Origin: Eledone cirrhosa
Lineage: Eukaryota
Assembly (NCBI GenBank): GCA_964016885.1
Contig: OZ024741.1
Span: 212,722,001-212,786,000 of the forward strand
Reading direction: 5' to 3'
DNA length: 64,000 nt
Shown: one piece after another, positions 1 through 14,855 of the stretch
Position numbering within the stretch: position 1 is the stretch's first letter
How the letters are laid out: every line of letters begins with the position of its first letter
Notes under the pieces: model-generated
The model's input: only the letters and a program-made list of their open reading frames with translations
Databases searched by the model: none
Told to the model about the DNA's origin: nothing
Program-made: the position numbers and the translations under genes

Positions 1-139
1 ATCACTAGCTTGTGTCCACGTGTGTTTTGTTATCTCATTTCTACACGCTGTCGCTTGCCTGCTTTTAATTCCCCTTCGGCATTTTAGCAGTGGTCATTTG
101 GATAATGTGTTGTGCACTACTGAAGATCAACTTTTTAAA

Positions 140-397
140 GATATAATATAGACACAAACACATATATATAGTCTAACAAAGTTCTTTCGTTGCACATCTG
201 CAACATCGTCAGTGGTGCTATTATGTTTCTTCCTGTTGTATTGTATGTCTACGCCATCTTTATCTGTTTATTTATTTATTTATTTATTTATTTATTTTTG
301 GCTTCTTATCTGCGCATGCGTTTGCGTGTGTGTATAGTGTTTGGTGTGTATAACAATATTTGTTTCGACACACGGTTTCATATCAAAATCTTCGCAA

Positions 398-400
<3 letters not shown>
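140..400. mobile_element. Penelope-like element 3' UTR relic with inverted junction
   Basis: 140-350 is the reverse complement of 34710-34920, the 3' UTR of the PLE relic. 351-400 matches the PLE terminal tail (caatatcggtttcaacacacgatttcagataaagaatcttgctaaac, rc of 55757-55804) and runs into (TA)n. HHR-like core on - at ~183-215: CTGACGA t gttgca gatg tgcaac GAAA. Confidence 0.7.
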
Positions 401-439
<39 letters not shown>

Positions 440-444
<5 letters not shown>

Positions 445-563
445 AATGAGGCTACTCACCCAATGTATACTAAAGAAAATACTATATATTATCAACCGTT
501 CAACACATTGGCAGAGAGGTATATAGTCCTGATAAAGGGTAATGGCCCAGAAACATGTTGATT
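440..563 (+). ncRNA. Octamer plus degenerate type I hammerhead ribozyme in a short TA-flanked element
   Basis: ATGCAAAT at 440-447; agtc CTGATAA a gggt aatg gccc a GAAA catg tt gatt at 525-563 (G8 mutated to A). Confidence 0.5.
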
Positions 564-681
564 GTTCCTCACAGTCAGTGTTGAACAGACAGGTGACGTC
601 CGGTAACCGGTACGGTACAGCTTCTATAGTGGCTCGTTTGTTTACAAACGTATCGAACATTATTATTAATATTCGATATAA

Positions 682-874
682 GGGCGGCAGTTTGGCAGTA
701 TCGGTAGAGGGTCGGACAACATGCCTTGCAGCACAGAGTTACGCCCCTTTCTGATCTGAGTTCAAATCCTGCCAAGGTTAACTTTGCCTTTCATCCTTAC
801 GGGGTCGAATAAATAAAGTACCAGTAATGCACTGGGATAATTGGTGGCTTTGTGCCAAAAGTAGAAACAATTAT
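682..874 (+). mobile_element. tRNA-derived SINE (family S1)
   Basis: A-box-like tggcagtatcgg, B-box-like gttcaaatcc, core ttgcctttcatccttacggggtcga..aagtaccag; 16 bp TSD ttattaatattcgata at 663-678 and 871-886. Confidence 0.9.
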
Positions 875-1339
875 TAATATTCGATACAGCCCATAGTTAC
901 ATATTTATATGTATATATATATGTGTGTGTATATATATATACAGATATGTATGTATATATATATATGTGTGTGCGCATGCATACTTACTTATAAATACAG
1001 TATATATATATATATATACGTGTGTGTGTGTGTGCTGAGGTAACATAGGTGCCAAGTTGTATCAGATCTTACTTTTCCTTAGGACAACATCAGCGTCGTT
1101 GACAGGCAAGACATTCATGCATGGGCGATTGGTGACCTGCAGAAAACTTCCTGACCAGGCTTGAGCCACGAATAGGCAATCACATGGTCAGCCAGTCATG
1201 AATGCAAATGTCAAGTCATGTCATAACTGAAGTAATTTCTCTCCTTCGCTCTCTCTTCTCTCTTTTGCTCTCTCGCGATTCCTCTCTCTAAGTAGGGCAT
1301 ACTCCAACTACTGATGCTGTTGCCACTACGACTGCTGCT

Positions 1340-1340
1340 T

Positions 1341-1411
<71 letters not shown>

Positions 1412-1532
1412 GCATTCACCAGCACCACCACCACCACCACAACCACCACCACCACCACCACCACCACCACCACCACCACCACCACCACCACCACCACCAC
1501 CACCACCACCACCACCACCACTACTACTACTG

Positions 1533-1574
<42 letters not shown>

Positions 1575-1637
1575 TCACCACCACCAACAGCACCCTTCAC
1601 CACCACGACTCCAATACAACAACCACCCCACCACCAT
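1340..1637. repeat. (CTA)n/(CCA)n microsatellite
   Basis: Direct inspection. Confidence 0.95.
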
Positions 1638-2934
1638 TAACTGTACTACTGCATTTTCTTCGGCCCTATCTCACTCACATGGCCAGGGTCAACTATTGGT
1701 TTCTGGTACAGACGCTTGCCCAAAATCTCACGCAGTGACCTCGTTATTGTGAATTAAATCTTTAAGCCATTCGTCCATGCTTCCACTAATTTTAGTAATG
1801 ATATACACTTCAAACAGTTGAACACAATATATTTATGAAGTGCTGCTGTAAGTGATATTAACGTCAAAGTTTGAAGCCCCTCTGTAGATATAATATTAAT
1901 GTTTTAACCAGAAATATGACCTGCGTGCTGCAGCTCACCCAGTGGCACGTCACGCTCTGCACGTAAAATGTTAAAATTTCAACCAGAAATGCAACTTGTG
2001 TTTAGTACCTCACTTTGTTAACCTTGTAGGTACAGTGTTAAACTTTGAACGAGAAAGTTAACCTGTGTATTGTGACTCACCTATTAGAAATAACAGCCTT
2101 CAATCCCACCCTACTTCTTAAAAAATGATAACATCTATGACTCCACAAGATAATGTAGCAAAACAAAGACAAGGCTTGTATAATTTATGTGATGTTCATG
2201 GCTGGAAGTGAAGGCCTGTGACTAAGAGGTTAGTAAGTTTAGCTCAGGATTATAAGTTCTTGGGTTCGGTTTCCGAACAGTTGAGTATGAACATTACAAC
2301 GGATTGTCCAGAAGGGGATTCTTGTATACTCAGTTGTTTAACACAACTTGAAACTTAACAATACCTGTTGCGCCACTAGACCTGGGCCAAACTGAAACTT
2401 TGTTATCACAGCAGGAAACCTGTTGTCATAGGCCTGTTTATTACGAGCCGACATGTTGGTTAAGCAACAACAAAAATAAAGATAAGACAGACAACAAAAT
2501 ATAATGTTTAGGTAAGATTTATTATCACACTACTATAAACATATCAACTTAACAAGTCCATATGGCCTTTAGTCAAACTATGAGGTGAATAGTAATCTAT
2601 AGGTTGTGGAGAACTTATTATATAGCTATGCAAAATTAATTGAAGCATGGTGACTATCAGATTGGGGAGAAGCTTAAGAGCTTTCTTTATGTACAAATTA
2701 AAGCAGAGCTATATAATATATGAATGGAATTTTGTCAGCATAGTTGGAAATCGTTTATTACAACATGAAATCAAATATTTATTTATTTAATATGCCGCAT
2801 TGAAATCGGTTTCATGCCAAATTACACTTCGCTTGCGAGTTCAAAGATTTTTGAGATATCAGAAGTTCGGCAGTTCAAAGATGGTTCGCTAAATATTTGA
2901 TATGAAATGATATATGTATTGAAATAATATATAA

Positions 2935-4110
2935 TTATTCCGACTCTTTCATCTTTGCTAAAGCTCTGCAGAGTTCAACAACATTTAGAATGTGTTTAAC
3001 TACAAATCGATGGCCGAGTATATTAAATGGAAATCCTAACCATATTTTTCTTTCGTATTCTTGAGAAATTGAATCTTCCAATAATTCCATACAGTATAGA
3101 ATGTCCAGGTTAGGTTTTCCGGACTCACGTGTGTACATGAATGACTCTCCTTAATCCTACAGTGCTGTCTCTCCAGCAATAATCTTGTCGCATTAAAATA
3201 TTAAAATCTTCTAATTCCTTCCACAGATATCCTTTATTTTCCAAATGTATCTGGAAGGATTAGTGGGATTAAACGTCTTCCATATGCTAGCCACAGTGAT
3301 ATAGTTTACGTAACTCTTCTATGAATGTATATTTAACGAAGATTCTATAGATAAAATATTGTCCATACCTTGCCTGGCTTCTCTATTCATTTCTATAACT
3401 GAATACAACTCTATTGTTTATCTTGCTAATATCGTCTGGGAAGTTAAGCTCATTGAAGGTTGGCAGAGAAAGTAAAAGTTAAAAATGATATTTTTTGCTG
3501 CTTGTTGAATCTTATTCTAGTTTTCATTCCTTTATTTCTAACTTGCATCATTCTGAGCTGTTTTTTTTTTAATTCTTAAAACGATCTACTATAAAAGGAA
3601 TGTTTTTAAGGAAGGCACAGGATTGGAAAAATGACAAGTAGCGCTTAAATGCGGAGCATCTAACCGTACAAAACCAACCAAGCAAATTTTCGGGAGGATT
3701 GTTCAGCTTTGTCAAAGATATGGCAACCTCAATGGAGCTGGTGCCACAGTACAATGCATCCCGGTTCAATGTGTAGAGTACGCGAACATATGCAATCAAA
3801 ATGCGGTTCCCTAGTCCGTTTGAGAGGCTAGTAAATCTGAGAACATACTGATAAGGTCTGTTACAGCCCGCCCAATCCTTACTAGCTGAAGAAAAACAGA
3901 CTATGAATGAGGATTTAGCATTCAGATACTGACGGATCTATAGCTTTCCTCAAGAAAGCGACTATTGCAGAAACATACAATAATATTTAGAACTTCTGCT
4001 ACAAAGTCAGATGACGAAGGTGAGAGTAATTGACACAGCCTACTTCTAACAATCCAACCTCCGTGTTTCACGTTGAAGAACTGGTCTAGTGCCGTTCTCG
4101 CTGCTAGCAC
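2935..4110 (-). pseudogene. Decayed coding relic of unknown protein
   Basis: Three ORF pieces on - (3922-4110, 3569-3799, 2935-3138) joined by codon-like non-repetitive sequence with scattered stops and frameshifts; no motif recognised. Confidence 0.3.
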
Positions 4111-4252
4111 GTCATAGATAGTTTATCTGTTGAGGATAAGTGCGTGGATTAGTAGTTGATAGATAATAGAAGTAGGCAAGTAGCTAGGTAGCTAGGGTAG
4201 TGGTGTCTTAACACTTTCATTATTATATGATATATTATATGATATATATATA

Positions 4253-4442
4253 AGGTCGGTGGATTGGCAGTATTGATTGAGTCGGACGCCATGCTTTCCC
4301 GCATAGTTACGTCCCTTTACAGACTGAGTTCAAATCCCGCCGAGTTTAACTTTGCCTTTCATCTTTACGAGGTCGATAAAATAAAGTACCAGTAATGTAC
4401 TGGGTGATTGCTGGCCTTGTGCCAAATGTATAAACAATTATT
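4253..4442 (+). mobile_element. SINE S1
   Basis: Aligns by eye to 682-874; flanked by repeated ttattatatgatatat. Confidence 0.9.
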
Positions 4443-4719
4443 ATATGATATATTGCAAACATTTAAATATGATAGCAAATATACAAAATCAAAAAGGAAG
4501 AGGCTATGTAGCCGGTAAGAGTTGTATGTTCATGTTGAATGATAAAATGACAATCATATTGATGGCCTCCCCACAGCCCCGGCGGGCAGGAATTGGCACC
4601 CAGTAACATTCATTTCAAAGATTTAGCCACATGTCTTTTCTAACAGCATTGTAATGTTATGAAATGCGACACGAAAGTTCCTTGAAAACCATTGATACAA
4701 GGACGTTATTTCTAATCTC

Positions 4720-4862
4720 TTGCATAGTTATATCCCTTTACGGTCTGAGTTCAAATCCCGCCGAGGTTAACTTTGCCTTTCATCCTTACGGGGTCGATAA
4801 AATAAAGTACCAGTAATGTACTGAGTAATTGCTGGCCTTGTGCCAAAAGTAAAAACAGTTAT
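4720..4862 (+). mobile_element. SINE S1, 5'-truncated
   Basis: B-box, core and tail present. Confidence 0.85.
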
Positions 4863-5038
4863 TTTTTAATCTCTTGAAACGAAGGATAATTTGCCGTGAA
4901 CGAGAATTGACCCGCGGTTTGAAACTCAGTTTATCTCCCCATATTTTAAAGATATATTTACACTGCTGACTTCATGGTGTTAACACGTCCAAATGCTATT
5001 GAATGACAATGTCAACTGAATTTTATATAATACTTGTT

Positions 5039-5132
<94 letters not shown>

Positions 5133-5273
5133 ATATGTATATATATATATCTGTGTGTGCGGTATGTATGTATGTTTCAGTATATATGTATATATACATA
5201 TATGCATATATATATACATACATGTGAATGTACCTGTGTACATGTATATATATATACATATGTACAAATACAT

Positions 5274-5347
<74 letters not shown>

Positions 5348-5375
5348 ATGTATATATATATACCATATATATGTA

Positions 5376-5444
<69 letters not shown>

Positions 5445-6129
5445 TATATATACATATATAATATATATGCTTTATATACATATATAATATATATGCTGAA
5501 ATCGTACTTTTAGCGATAATTCATTTCCTCCATATTCCAGGTCATATTTTCTGTTTGTTAGCTTATTTCTTCACATGAAAGCCTTCCTTTATTTCGCCAA
5601 ACGAAACTCTGTCGTTGTGTGACATGTAATACATTCACTTCACACCTCTAGTCTTTCCACACCCACTCTCTCTCACTCCGTCTTTCTAGCTTCTCTCTTT
5701 CTCTTTCCTACGTATTCACAGTTTCATTACAAATTTCTTTGAAAAATCTTAGTCAATAGTCACTAAGATTGGAATTTTCTTCTATCACGAATCGTTCTTT
5801 ATACACATATATATGAGTTTTATATATATATATATGTGTTATATATATATATGCGTCTGTGTAATATATGTATGTACTCATTTAGAGAGGTGTATATGTA
5901 AATATGTATTATATATATACATATATATATATATACGTGTGTGTGTGTGTCTGTGTGTGTGTATATATATATTTATACATATAACATATATATATGCATA
6001 AATGCATATATATACATACATATTTACGTATATACGTATATATCTATCGTATCACATCACCTAGAAACCCACAATTTTTGCCCCCTGAGTGGTAACACAC
6101 GAACACCACCACACACACACACACACACA

Positions 6130-6200
<71 letters not shown>

Positions 6201-6819
6201 CCGTACACATAGATTATTTCTTGAAAAACAAGTTTGAGTTCCTTCGCACGAAATGGAGGAAAAATGATTTTTTTTCACCATGCATTTCCTACATGATTTT
6301 ATTTTTTTAAATCATTTATTTAGATTTTCTTCACTTTTTTCTATTTTTTTTTTTTATTTAATACAAATATTTCAATGGGAGAACATATCTTTTTAAAATA
6401 AGCAAGAAACGAAAAAGTTGTCTCAGCTTTAGCTATAGAATTCTTTTATTCTTTTAGAACTAATAGCACCGAATTCTTCAATAAATGATGATTTATTACA
6501 AAATACTACTAACTACGTACGGTATAAGATCGAAAGATATAAGAAATATATATCAGAAATGAATGTATGTATGTATATATATATATATATATGTGTGTGT
6601 ATATATGTATGTTTATATGTATGTACGTACGCATGTATGTATGTATGTACGTATGTATGTATGTATGTATATGAATGCCAGTATGTAGGTACGTATGTAT
6701 GTAGGTACGCATGCATGTACGTATATATGTATGTGTACGTATGTATGTATGTATTTATATATATATATATATGTGTACGTGTGATGTATATATGTGTGGA
6801 TGTATGTATGCATATATGC

Positions 6820-6867
<48 letters not shown>

Positions 6868-7294
6868 GTGTGTGTGTATGTGTGTGTGTGTGTGTGTATG
6901 CCTATGTTACATTCTTATTTCACTGAGTTCAGAAAATAATCAATATGCAAACATTTCTTGATGTGGAGCTGTCACCTTTAGAAAAATGGAGGGAAAATAA
7001 GAAATAACATTTGTTTCTTTGAGAATGGTGTCTGTGATGGAAATACGACTATGTGTATATATCGTAAAGAAAGGGAAAACATGGAAGAAAACTATCTGTT
7101 CTTGTTCTGTAACGTCTATTGAGCTAGTAACGATATAATGGCCTCAGAATTTACAAATTTACAAAACTTCCGAATTGTTGTTATAACTAGATAAATCTAT
7201 ATTAGTTGTTTATATATGATTCGAAAGAATCTATCGCCATGCAAATTTCAGATGCGTAAAGATAATTCTGTAGCTTGAAAATATAAATATATAC

Positions 7295-7930
7295 ATACAC
7301 ACAGATATATACACACATAGACAGATATATATATATATGCATACATACAGAAAAATACAGGCACCCACACATTCGAGCAGAAACACACAAGCATATACAT
7401 ACATACACACAGAGATATACATACATAGACTTACATACATACAGGAAAATAAAGGCACCCATGCATACGACCAGAAACACACACACACACAAACACACAC
7501 ACATACATACACACAGATATATACTCGCATAGACTTACATACATACAAGAAAATACAGGCACACACACATACGATCAGAAACACACCCATACACACACAC
7601 TCATACACACACACAAAGATATACACACATAGACTCACATACATACAGAAAAATACACTAGACACATACAAACATACACTCAGGCAGCGACACACACACA
7701 TGCACACACACACTGACACAAAGACGCACTCATACACACACACGCCTATATACACACAAACACAAAGGCACAAATACACATATAGATACACACACACATG
7801 CACACAAACACACACACCTTCACAGACTCAAACAGACATACAGACGCACTCCTACGCACACGCACACCTATATACACACAAACACAAAGGCACACATATA
7901 CACATGAACACACACAGACACACACAACTC
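7295..7930. repeat. CA-rich minisatellite, ~105 bp period
   Basis: Unit acagatata..catagacttacatacatacag(a)aaaatacaggcac recurs at ~7300, 7408, 7513 and 7617. Confidence 0.75.
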
Positions 7931-8168
7931 CCACTGTTTTATGGGACTATTTGTTGAAATAATACAGATTATTTGAATGCAATTTGAATGTTAATATTTT
8001 CTAAAATGACATTTACAAAAATATATGAAACTATTCAGCTCACACGAAGGTAGCATAAACACTGTATGTTTTTTATTCTTCTATTGCTCTCAAGTCATTA
8101 GATTACGGCCATACTGGGGCACCTTTTATATTTTAATTTGTAAATCAAATTGACTCCAGTATTTAGTA

Positions 8169-8337
8169 TCGTATTTCCCGGCGCCGAAGACGCTTCGTGC
8201 TCGAGGACGCACCCTGATTTTGACAACCAAAAATTTGAAAAAAAAAATAATAGACAACTTTCGGCCTTCATGACGCATGGTAGATTTTTGAGATTTATTT
8301 TAGGAAAAAGTAATGTCTTCGACGCCGGGAAGTACGG
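8169..8337. mobile_element. Tc1/pogo-type MITE
   Basis: TIRs tcgtatttcccggcgccgaagac / gtcttcgacgccgggaagtacgg, flanked by TA on both sides. Confidence 0.8.
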
Positions 8338-8340
8338 TAA

Positions 8341-8432
<92 letters not shown>

Positions 8433-8433
<1 letters not shown>

Positions 8434-8834
8434 GGAAAAAATGAAACGAAATTTCATTTCTCACTCTTAGTACGGCTGTTACTTAAATATAAGTATGTAT
8501 TCGTACATACATATATGTATACAGACGTACAATAGTATGAATATATATATATATATATACATGCACACATATGTATATGTACGTATGGATTCACCGAACA
8601 TTTATTATAATATTCGGTGTGTTTGTAAACAAACATCCCGAATTAAGCCGTACGGTGTCTAGCAACCATCGTTGCTCTTTTGTTCAACACTGACAAAGGA
8701 ACGCTGTACTAGTTTCAAGTTTATTAGCTATCGTCAGCAACGTGTACCTTCCTGCCAGATGATTGAACGTCTGAAAGTATATATTTTCCTTATGCATATT
8801 AACGGCTGCGCAGCCTAATTTGCATATCGAGTGA

Positions 8835-8836
<2 letters not shown>
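8433..8836 (-). mobile_element. Diverged relative of the 467-nt HHR element (family A)
   Basis: HHR on - at 8701-8743: acgttg CTGACGA t agct aata aact t GAAA ctag ta cagcgt. Octamer at 8818-8825. Flanks align to 24160-24320. Element sits between (TA)n tracts. Confidence 0.7.
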
Positions 8837-8889
<53 letters not shown>

Positions 8890-8890
<1 letters not shown>

Positions 8891-9200
8891 ATATGTTGGA
8901 AAGGAAAAAGATTTTCTTCAGTAGAAAATGTTGAAGAGATTTTTTCAGTGAAATATCAAAACATTAATTTATTTACAATACCGGTTTCAGCCTTATATGC
9001 ATTTTCAATTGCGGATATGCAAAATATTAAGTTGCATATTTTTACAAATAGTTTAAAAAATAATAATAATAAAAATAATAATAAAAATAAAAAGGGGAAG
9101 AAAATTAATTTTCACATACATTTTCTTTCAGAGAAGAGAGTTCATTTCTCAGTCGATCCTTCTCAGTTAATAGCTTGGTTATGGCAGTCAAGACCAAGGT
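8890..9200 (-). mobile_element. Short TA-flanked repeat (family E) with U3-A8 HHR motif
   Basis: Homologous to 29945-30210; on - at 8975-9012: gcaa TTGAAAA t gc..gc t GAAA ccgg ta ttgt. Confidence 0.6.
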
Positions 9201-9345
9201 AAATTTACTGAATTTACCAAATGAAATAATTCGATCATTGAGTAAAAAAACTACTATAAGCGACCTTTGATTCTTGTTACATAATTAGATTTATTGAATG
9301 CTCAAACGGATATTAAATAATGCTATCATTCTCTCTAACTCTCTC

Positions 9346-9387
<42 letters not shown>

Positions 9388-9802
9388 AATTTCTTTAAGT
9401 CGTTTGGAAGCCTCGACAATGTAGATGGGTAAATCTCCGGGTAACAAGATCCGGTGGTGGAGAGAGAGATGTAATTGCGTGTACGTTGAGATGCGTGGCG
9501 TGTATAAGACTGTAGCGTGCAGAGGAATGAAGGAAAGAGCGTAAAGGATAAAAATAAAATTAAAATAACAACACGAGATAGAGTTACCTTGTGAGAGATT
9601 TAATTGTCCCTATATATTTCGGATTTACATACATCAACTGGGTTTTTTTCCGGGGGCGGGAAAGGTTGTCTGTGGGAAAGTTGCGAAACGTGTCCTCCGC
9701 TGTTCGTTGTTATGAATATCTGAGGTATTCAGCAGAGCGCGCGTGCGTGTGAAATGGGGTCGCTCAAGTAGATGTCAGCGGCCGAAGTATATATATATAT
9801 AT

Positions 9803-9955
9803 ATTAAAATAACAGATTAAAGTTTAAACAAAAATCGGGGCTTTCACCTTTAACAGGATCTTCTGAAAAGTTTCAGAAAGCAGCGATTCTTTGCTTGAAC
9901 TTTAATCTGTCATTTTAATACATATTTGCTCTACGGTATTTATATAATTTTATAT
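9803..9955. repeat. Short foldback element between (TA)n
   Basis: attaaaataacagattaaagtttaaacaaaaatcg (9803-9838) is inverted at 9884-9920; second family copy at 55350-55425. Confidence 0.7.
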
Positions 9956-10682
9956 ATATATTATCCTTATCGAGCCCTCTTCGAATTTTAGTCTTCACAT
10001 GTATTATTATTATATATATATATATATCATATTTTTAAATTCAAAACATTTAGAAGATCATACGCTATCAGTTTTAAAGTAGTTTAAATTGGTGCTCTAA
10101 AATAGCGATGTATACATGAATGTATGTATTGTATATTTGGCAATATACCGTATGTTTAATTTAAAAAAAACCTTTAGAAGACAATACGCTATCAGTTTTA
10201 AAGTAGTGACTATGTCACTTACTTCTTTTGTTGGACCGGCAATCGCTCTGTATGATCAGCTCCTGATTATTACCGGAATTCTATAAGAATCCAGCTTGTA
10301 TAAAGGTTTAAAATTAAAATTAATTTCGATTTTAATTTTAATTTTAAACCTTTCTTTACTTCTACCAACTCTTTTAAATTAATTTTTTCACTGGATTTGA
10401 CAAGATGGATCTTAATACAACGAACCGGTTATTTTTTTCATATACGTTATATACTTCATAAAAAGATTTTTAAAAAAGAATTGTCATTCTTTTTTTTTAA
10501 TAACATTATCTTTTTAATAACACTTTATTTTCAATAGTGTCACGTTGACGCATCAAAACGAAAAACAGACCCTTAAATATATATGCCGTGATAATCCCAA
10601 CATCATCTTTTCTCTGTATCCACTGTTTTGTATAGTACCTCACTTCCCTTTTCTAATATATATATATATATGTATATATACA

Positions 10683-10765
<83 letters not shown>

Positions 10766-10767
10766 TA

Positions 10768-10801
<34 letters not shown>

Positions 10802-11104
10802 AACATATATATATATGAGCCAATTTGCATACGGAAGAAAGAGCACCGTGTAAGGCGAACAAAAGCATATATTTTCCGCTTCAACCATGCTTAGAAAATA
10901 TGATAGATTATTAAAGCACAATAAATTTCACTTAAATATAAAACTACATACATATATAAATATATATCGTAAATTCAGTGGTAAGCAGTCAAAATATACG
11001 ATAAATGTATACTTGTATATAGAGATTACAATAGTAATGCATGAATGAGTATGTATACACATTATATATATTGACATTATATATATTGACATTTATATTG
11101 CCAA

Positions 11105-11293
11105 GGGTGGTGGATTGGCAGTATCGGTAGAGGGTCTGACGGCATGCTTTGCAGCAAAGAGTTACGGCCTTTTTATGATCTGAGTTCAAATACCGCCACT
11201 GTCAAACTTGCCTTTCATCCTTACGGGGTCGATAAAATAAAGTACCAGTAATGTACTGGTTTAATTGCTGGCCTTGTGCCAACAGTAGAAACA
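11105..11293 (+). mobile_element. SINE S1
   Basis: Full head, core and tail. Confidence 0.9.
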
Positions 11294-11519
11294 TTTATAT
11301 ATATTGACATGTAAACATTTCAAATATTCGTATTGCGCAGTAGATTGAAAGAAGTACAACTATCCTTAATTGAATTTCGGCTCTCATTATCGCCTCATCA
11401 GAGGACCTTTTCCTGATTGTGTGTGAGTGACAGCTCATACATATACATGTTTAGCTGGCCTCCTCCAAGGTATATCTCGTTGGAGCTGTCTTGGGTAATT
11501 TAATGATAGGGACCCCAGT

Positions 11520-11670
11520 CCTATCATCTCCTTTCTACAGCTGAGTAAACTGGAGCAACGTGAAATAAAGTGTCTTGCTCAAGGAAACAACACATCGCCC
11601 AATCCGAGAATTGAACTCACAACCTTTCGATTGCAGCCCAATGCTCTAACCAATAAGCCATAGGCCTTCA
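11520..11670 (-). mobile_element. tRNA-derived SINE (family S2)
   Basis: rc contains tggcttattggttagagc..gagttcaattc..ttgagcaagacactttatttcacgttgctccag. Confidence 0.75.
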
Positions 11671-11796
11671 GTCTTCCTCATTGGTCAACCACAAAGGAAT
11701 ACGTAACTAATGGTTTTACTTTACCGATTTTATTAGCAACCGGGAAATGAATGTACTACGTGTATATTGGTAGTGCTTATTTTGTCAGCTTACATC

Positions 11797-11858
<62 letters not shown>

Positions 11859-11910
11859 TAGTAGTAGTAGTAGTGGTAGTAGCATCATCATCATCATCAA
11901 CATCATCATC

Positions 11911-11948
<38 letters not shown>

Positions 11949-12045
11949 CAACATCATCATCAACATCATCAGTAGTAGTAGTAGTAGTAGTAGTAGTACC
12001 ATCATCATCATCAGCATCATCATCATCATCAACATCATCAGCAGC

Positions 12046-12096
<51 letters not shown>
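11797..12096. repeat. (AGT)n/(ATC)n microsatellite
   Basis: Direct inspection. Confidence 0.95.
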
Positions 12097-12098
<2 letters not shown>

Positions 12099-12400
12099 CA
12101 ATCCGTCGGTTACGACGGCGAGTATTCCTGTCGATACGATCAATGAAACAGCCTGCTCGTGAAATTAACGTGGCTGATCATTCCACAAACACGCGTACCT
12201 TTAATGTTCTTCTCAGGGAGATCTAGCGTGACAAGGCTGGCCCTTCGAATTGCAGGTGCTATTAATATTTGCCAGCTGAGTGGACTGGAACCACTTGAAC
12301 AAAAGTGTCTTTCTGAAGGACACAGCTCGCCACCGGCAACTGAACTCTCGTCCATATCATCATGAGCCGAATACTCTAACAATTAAGCCACGCACCTTCA
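12097..12400 (-). mobile_element. SINE S2-like
   Basis: rc head gaaggtgcgtggcttaattgttagag; body aligns to 22340-22660 and 20860-21130. Confidence 0.7.
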
Positions 12401-12570
12401 GAGTATATATGAAACTGTCCATTAAACAGCCGAATTATACAATAAATATGTATCTGTAAAGACCTCTTTTGGTCACGAAAGACCAAAGGATTTGGACCTT
12501 GAAATTTCCCCTCCGAAGCAGAAGTCCAGGAAAGTTTGTTTGTGGAAAACCACCAGTCGCATATCAGTCT

Positions 12571-12900
12571 GATGCGCATGGTTTAGTAATTAGAGCGCCG
12601 GGCTTACAATCATGAAGTTGTGAATTTGATTCGCAGACCGGGCTTTGCTTTGTGTTCTTGAGCAAGACATTTTATTTCATGTTGCTCCAGTTCACTCAGC
12701 TGTAGAAATGAGTTGTGACGTGACTGGTGCCAAGCTGTATCGGCCTTTGTCTTTCCCTTGGAAAACATGGTGGCATGGAGAGTGGGGGCTGGTATGCATG
12801 GGCGACTGCTGGTCTTCCACAAACAAACTTGCCAGGACTTGTACCTCGGAGGGTAACTTTCTAGGAGCAAATCCCATGGTCATTCTTGACCGGAGGGAGT
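12571..12900 (+). mobile_element. SINE S2-like with different tail
   Basis: gcatggtttagtaattagagc..ttgagcaagacattttatttcatgttgctccag; tail also seen at 1045-1200 and inverted at 12460-12570. Confidence 0.7.
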
Positions 12901-13956
12901 CTTTACCTACCTTACGTACCTGTACATATACAATATAACCAGCGAATTGACAGAGGCATTAGAACATCAGGTAGAAAGGTTTGCGTTATTTTGTTACTTC
13001 ATTTCAAATCCCCGCCAAGGTCAACATTGCCTTTCATCATTCCGGTGTCAATAAAACGTACCACTAACACACTGGGATCAATTCACCATTCATATATCTT
13101 CCTCACTTTTTTCTTTCTTTCTCTATCTTTACTTGGAAGAAATATACTGTGTTCAGACCTTGTAAGGAGATTAACCACATCGGGGTTTAAAATGCCGACG
13201 AAAAGTCGTATGTCAATATGACACCCCTTCGACTTTATCTGGTGTTACAGGTCCTTACGTACACACATACGCGGTATACGATTAATCAATAGCGCGTGCA
13301 AAAGTATGTAAATATAAATATCGAGTATATAGACATTGTGAGCCTGTCAAATTTCCGTATTTCCCTATAGATTGCAAACAATGATAAATATATTTAAGAA
13401 TCAAAACTACGTGATGAATGTTACTATACTTAAAATGCAATAAATAAATGATTAAATAAAGCTGAAATTGTCGGCCTTCGGTGGTCACATATTGCTGTAG
13501 TCTAGGTTGTCCACTTAAGCAAAAATTTGGCACACTGTCATTAATTTCTTGGCAATCTACACTTATGAATCAATAAATGCCCCGAATTCAATTGTGGCGA
13601 TGTCTGGTGAGGGTGTAGCCAGTTTGTCATGGTATTGGCCCAAGTCGCCTATGGGGTCAATTCTTTGTCAGGAATCTCAATTACCGTTATGGCATAGCTA
13701 TCCTTATAGCTGTCCTTATAGCTATCACTGTGCACCACTCACCTGCTGCACTGATATTTACATGTACAGAGTGATGTATGATGCATATATTTTCATAACT
13801 ACGAGATTATGGGAATAAATCGAGGGCTAGGCTTTTCGTGCAATAGAACTTATTCAAACTTGTTCGAAAATTGCATTTAATGTTTAGCACTTTCGAGTCG
13901 CTGGTGTAGCTTTCCAGCTACAATATTGATCGTAGCAATAATATCACACACACACT

Positions 13957-14028
<72 letters not shown>

Positions 14029-14089
14029 TATATCAATAAAGTATCCATTTTATATTGATATGAGAAATAGCATCGTAGATATTTCAGTA

Positions 14090-14132
<43 letters not shown>

Positions 14133-14723
14133 TCAAACACATGAATATTCCAGGTGTGAGTGAGCATTACTCTAGGAATATACAGAAACGTAATTTGTCA
14201 TCGTCTCCCCCAGAATGGTATAGGCTGGAATGGTGGTGAGAAGGAGGTGGTTGGTGTTATTTGGTTATTTAGAAGATAAATTCCCATTTAAAGCGTTATC
14301 AATGCACTTTGGAAATTTCCTCTGGGGGGAAGCAGATAAGTAAAATCGATGTACGTTGCAAGGTATTGATTTTAGAGATTAGCGGTGGTCGTGAATAAAA
14401 TACTCGATATGCACAGATCGGCCTCAAAGAGTCTTGTTTGTGATAAAACCATTGCAGCTATATAAAGTCCTATCAATTTGCCACGTATTTCAACTGAATG
14501 CTGCATGAAGGTAATACAGATGTGTTTACATTAGGAAACGACCACAGCATTAATCAGCTAAGTTTAGTTCAGCTTAGTTCAGCTCAGCTCTCTATGATAC
14601 TATGATGAATATGTTAATAATGGTGGCAGCGCTTATCGCAAGGAAGTTATCTTTCTCTTTTCCCTCCCTACCTCCACCTCTTTCCCTCTCATTCTGTTTA
14701 CCTGCATATATATATATATGTAA

Positions 14724-14855
<132 letters not shown>

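Noticed and set aside
682-780. tRNA genes
   Set aside because: tRNA-like A/B boxes are SINE heads with no complete cloverleaf.
1880-2085. ~70 bp degenerate repeats as CRISPR or micro-exon array
   Set aside because: Eukaryotic context, highly diverged units, no constant repeat-spacer pattern or consistent frame.
9830-9872. HHR calls at 9830-9872/55380-55420, 26420-26460, 30700-30795, 37205-37240 and 61506-61530
   Set aside because: Only partial cores or missing helices; too degenerate to support, though they may be relics.
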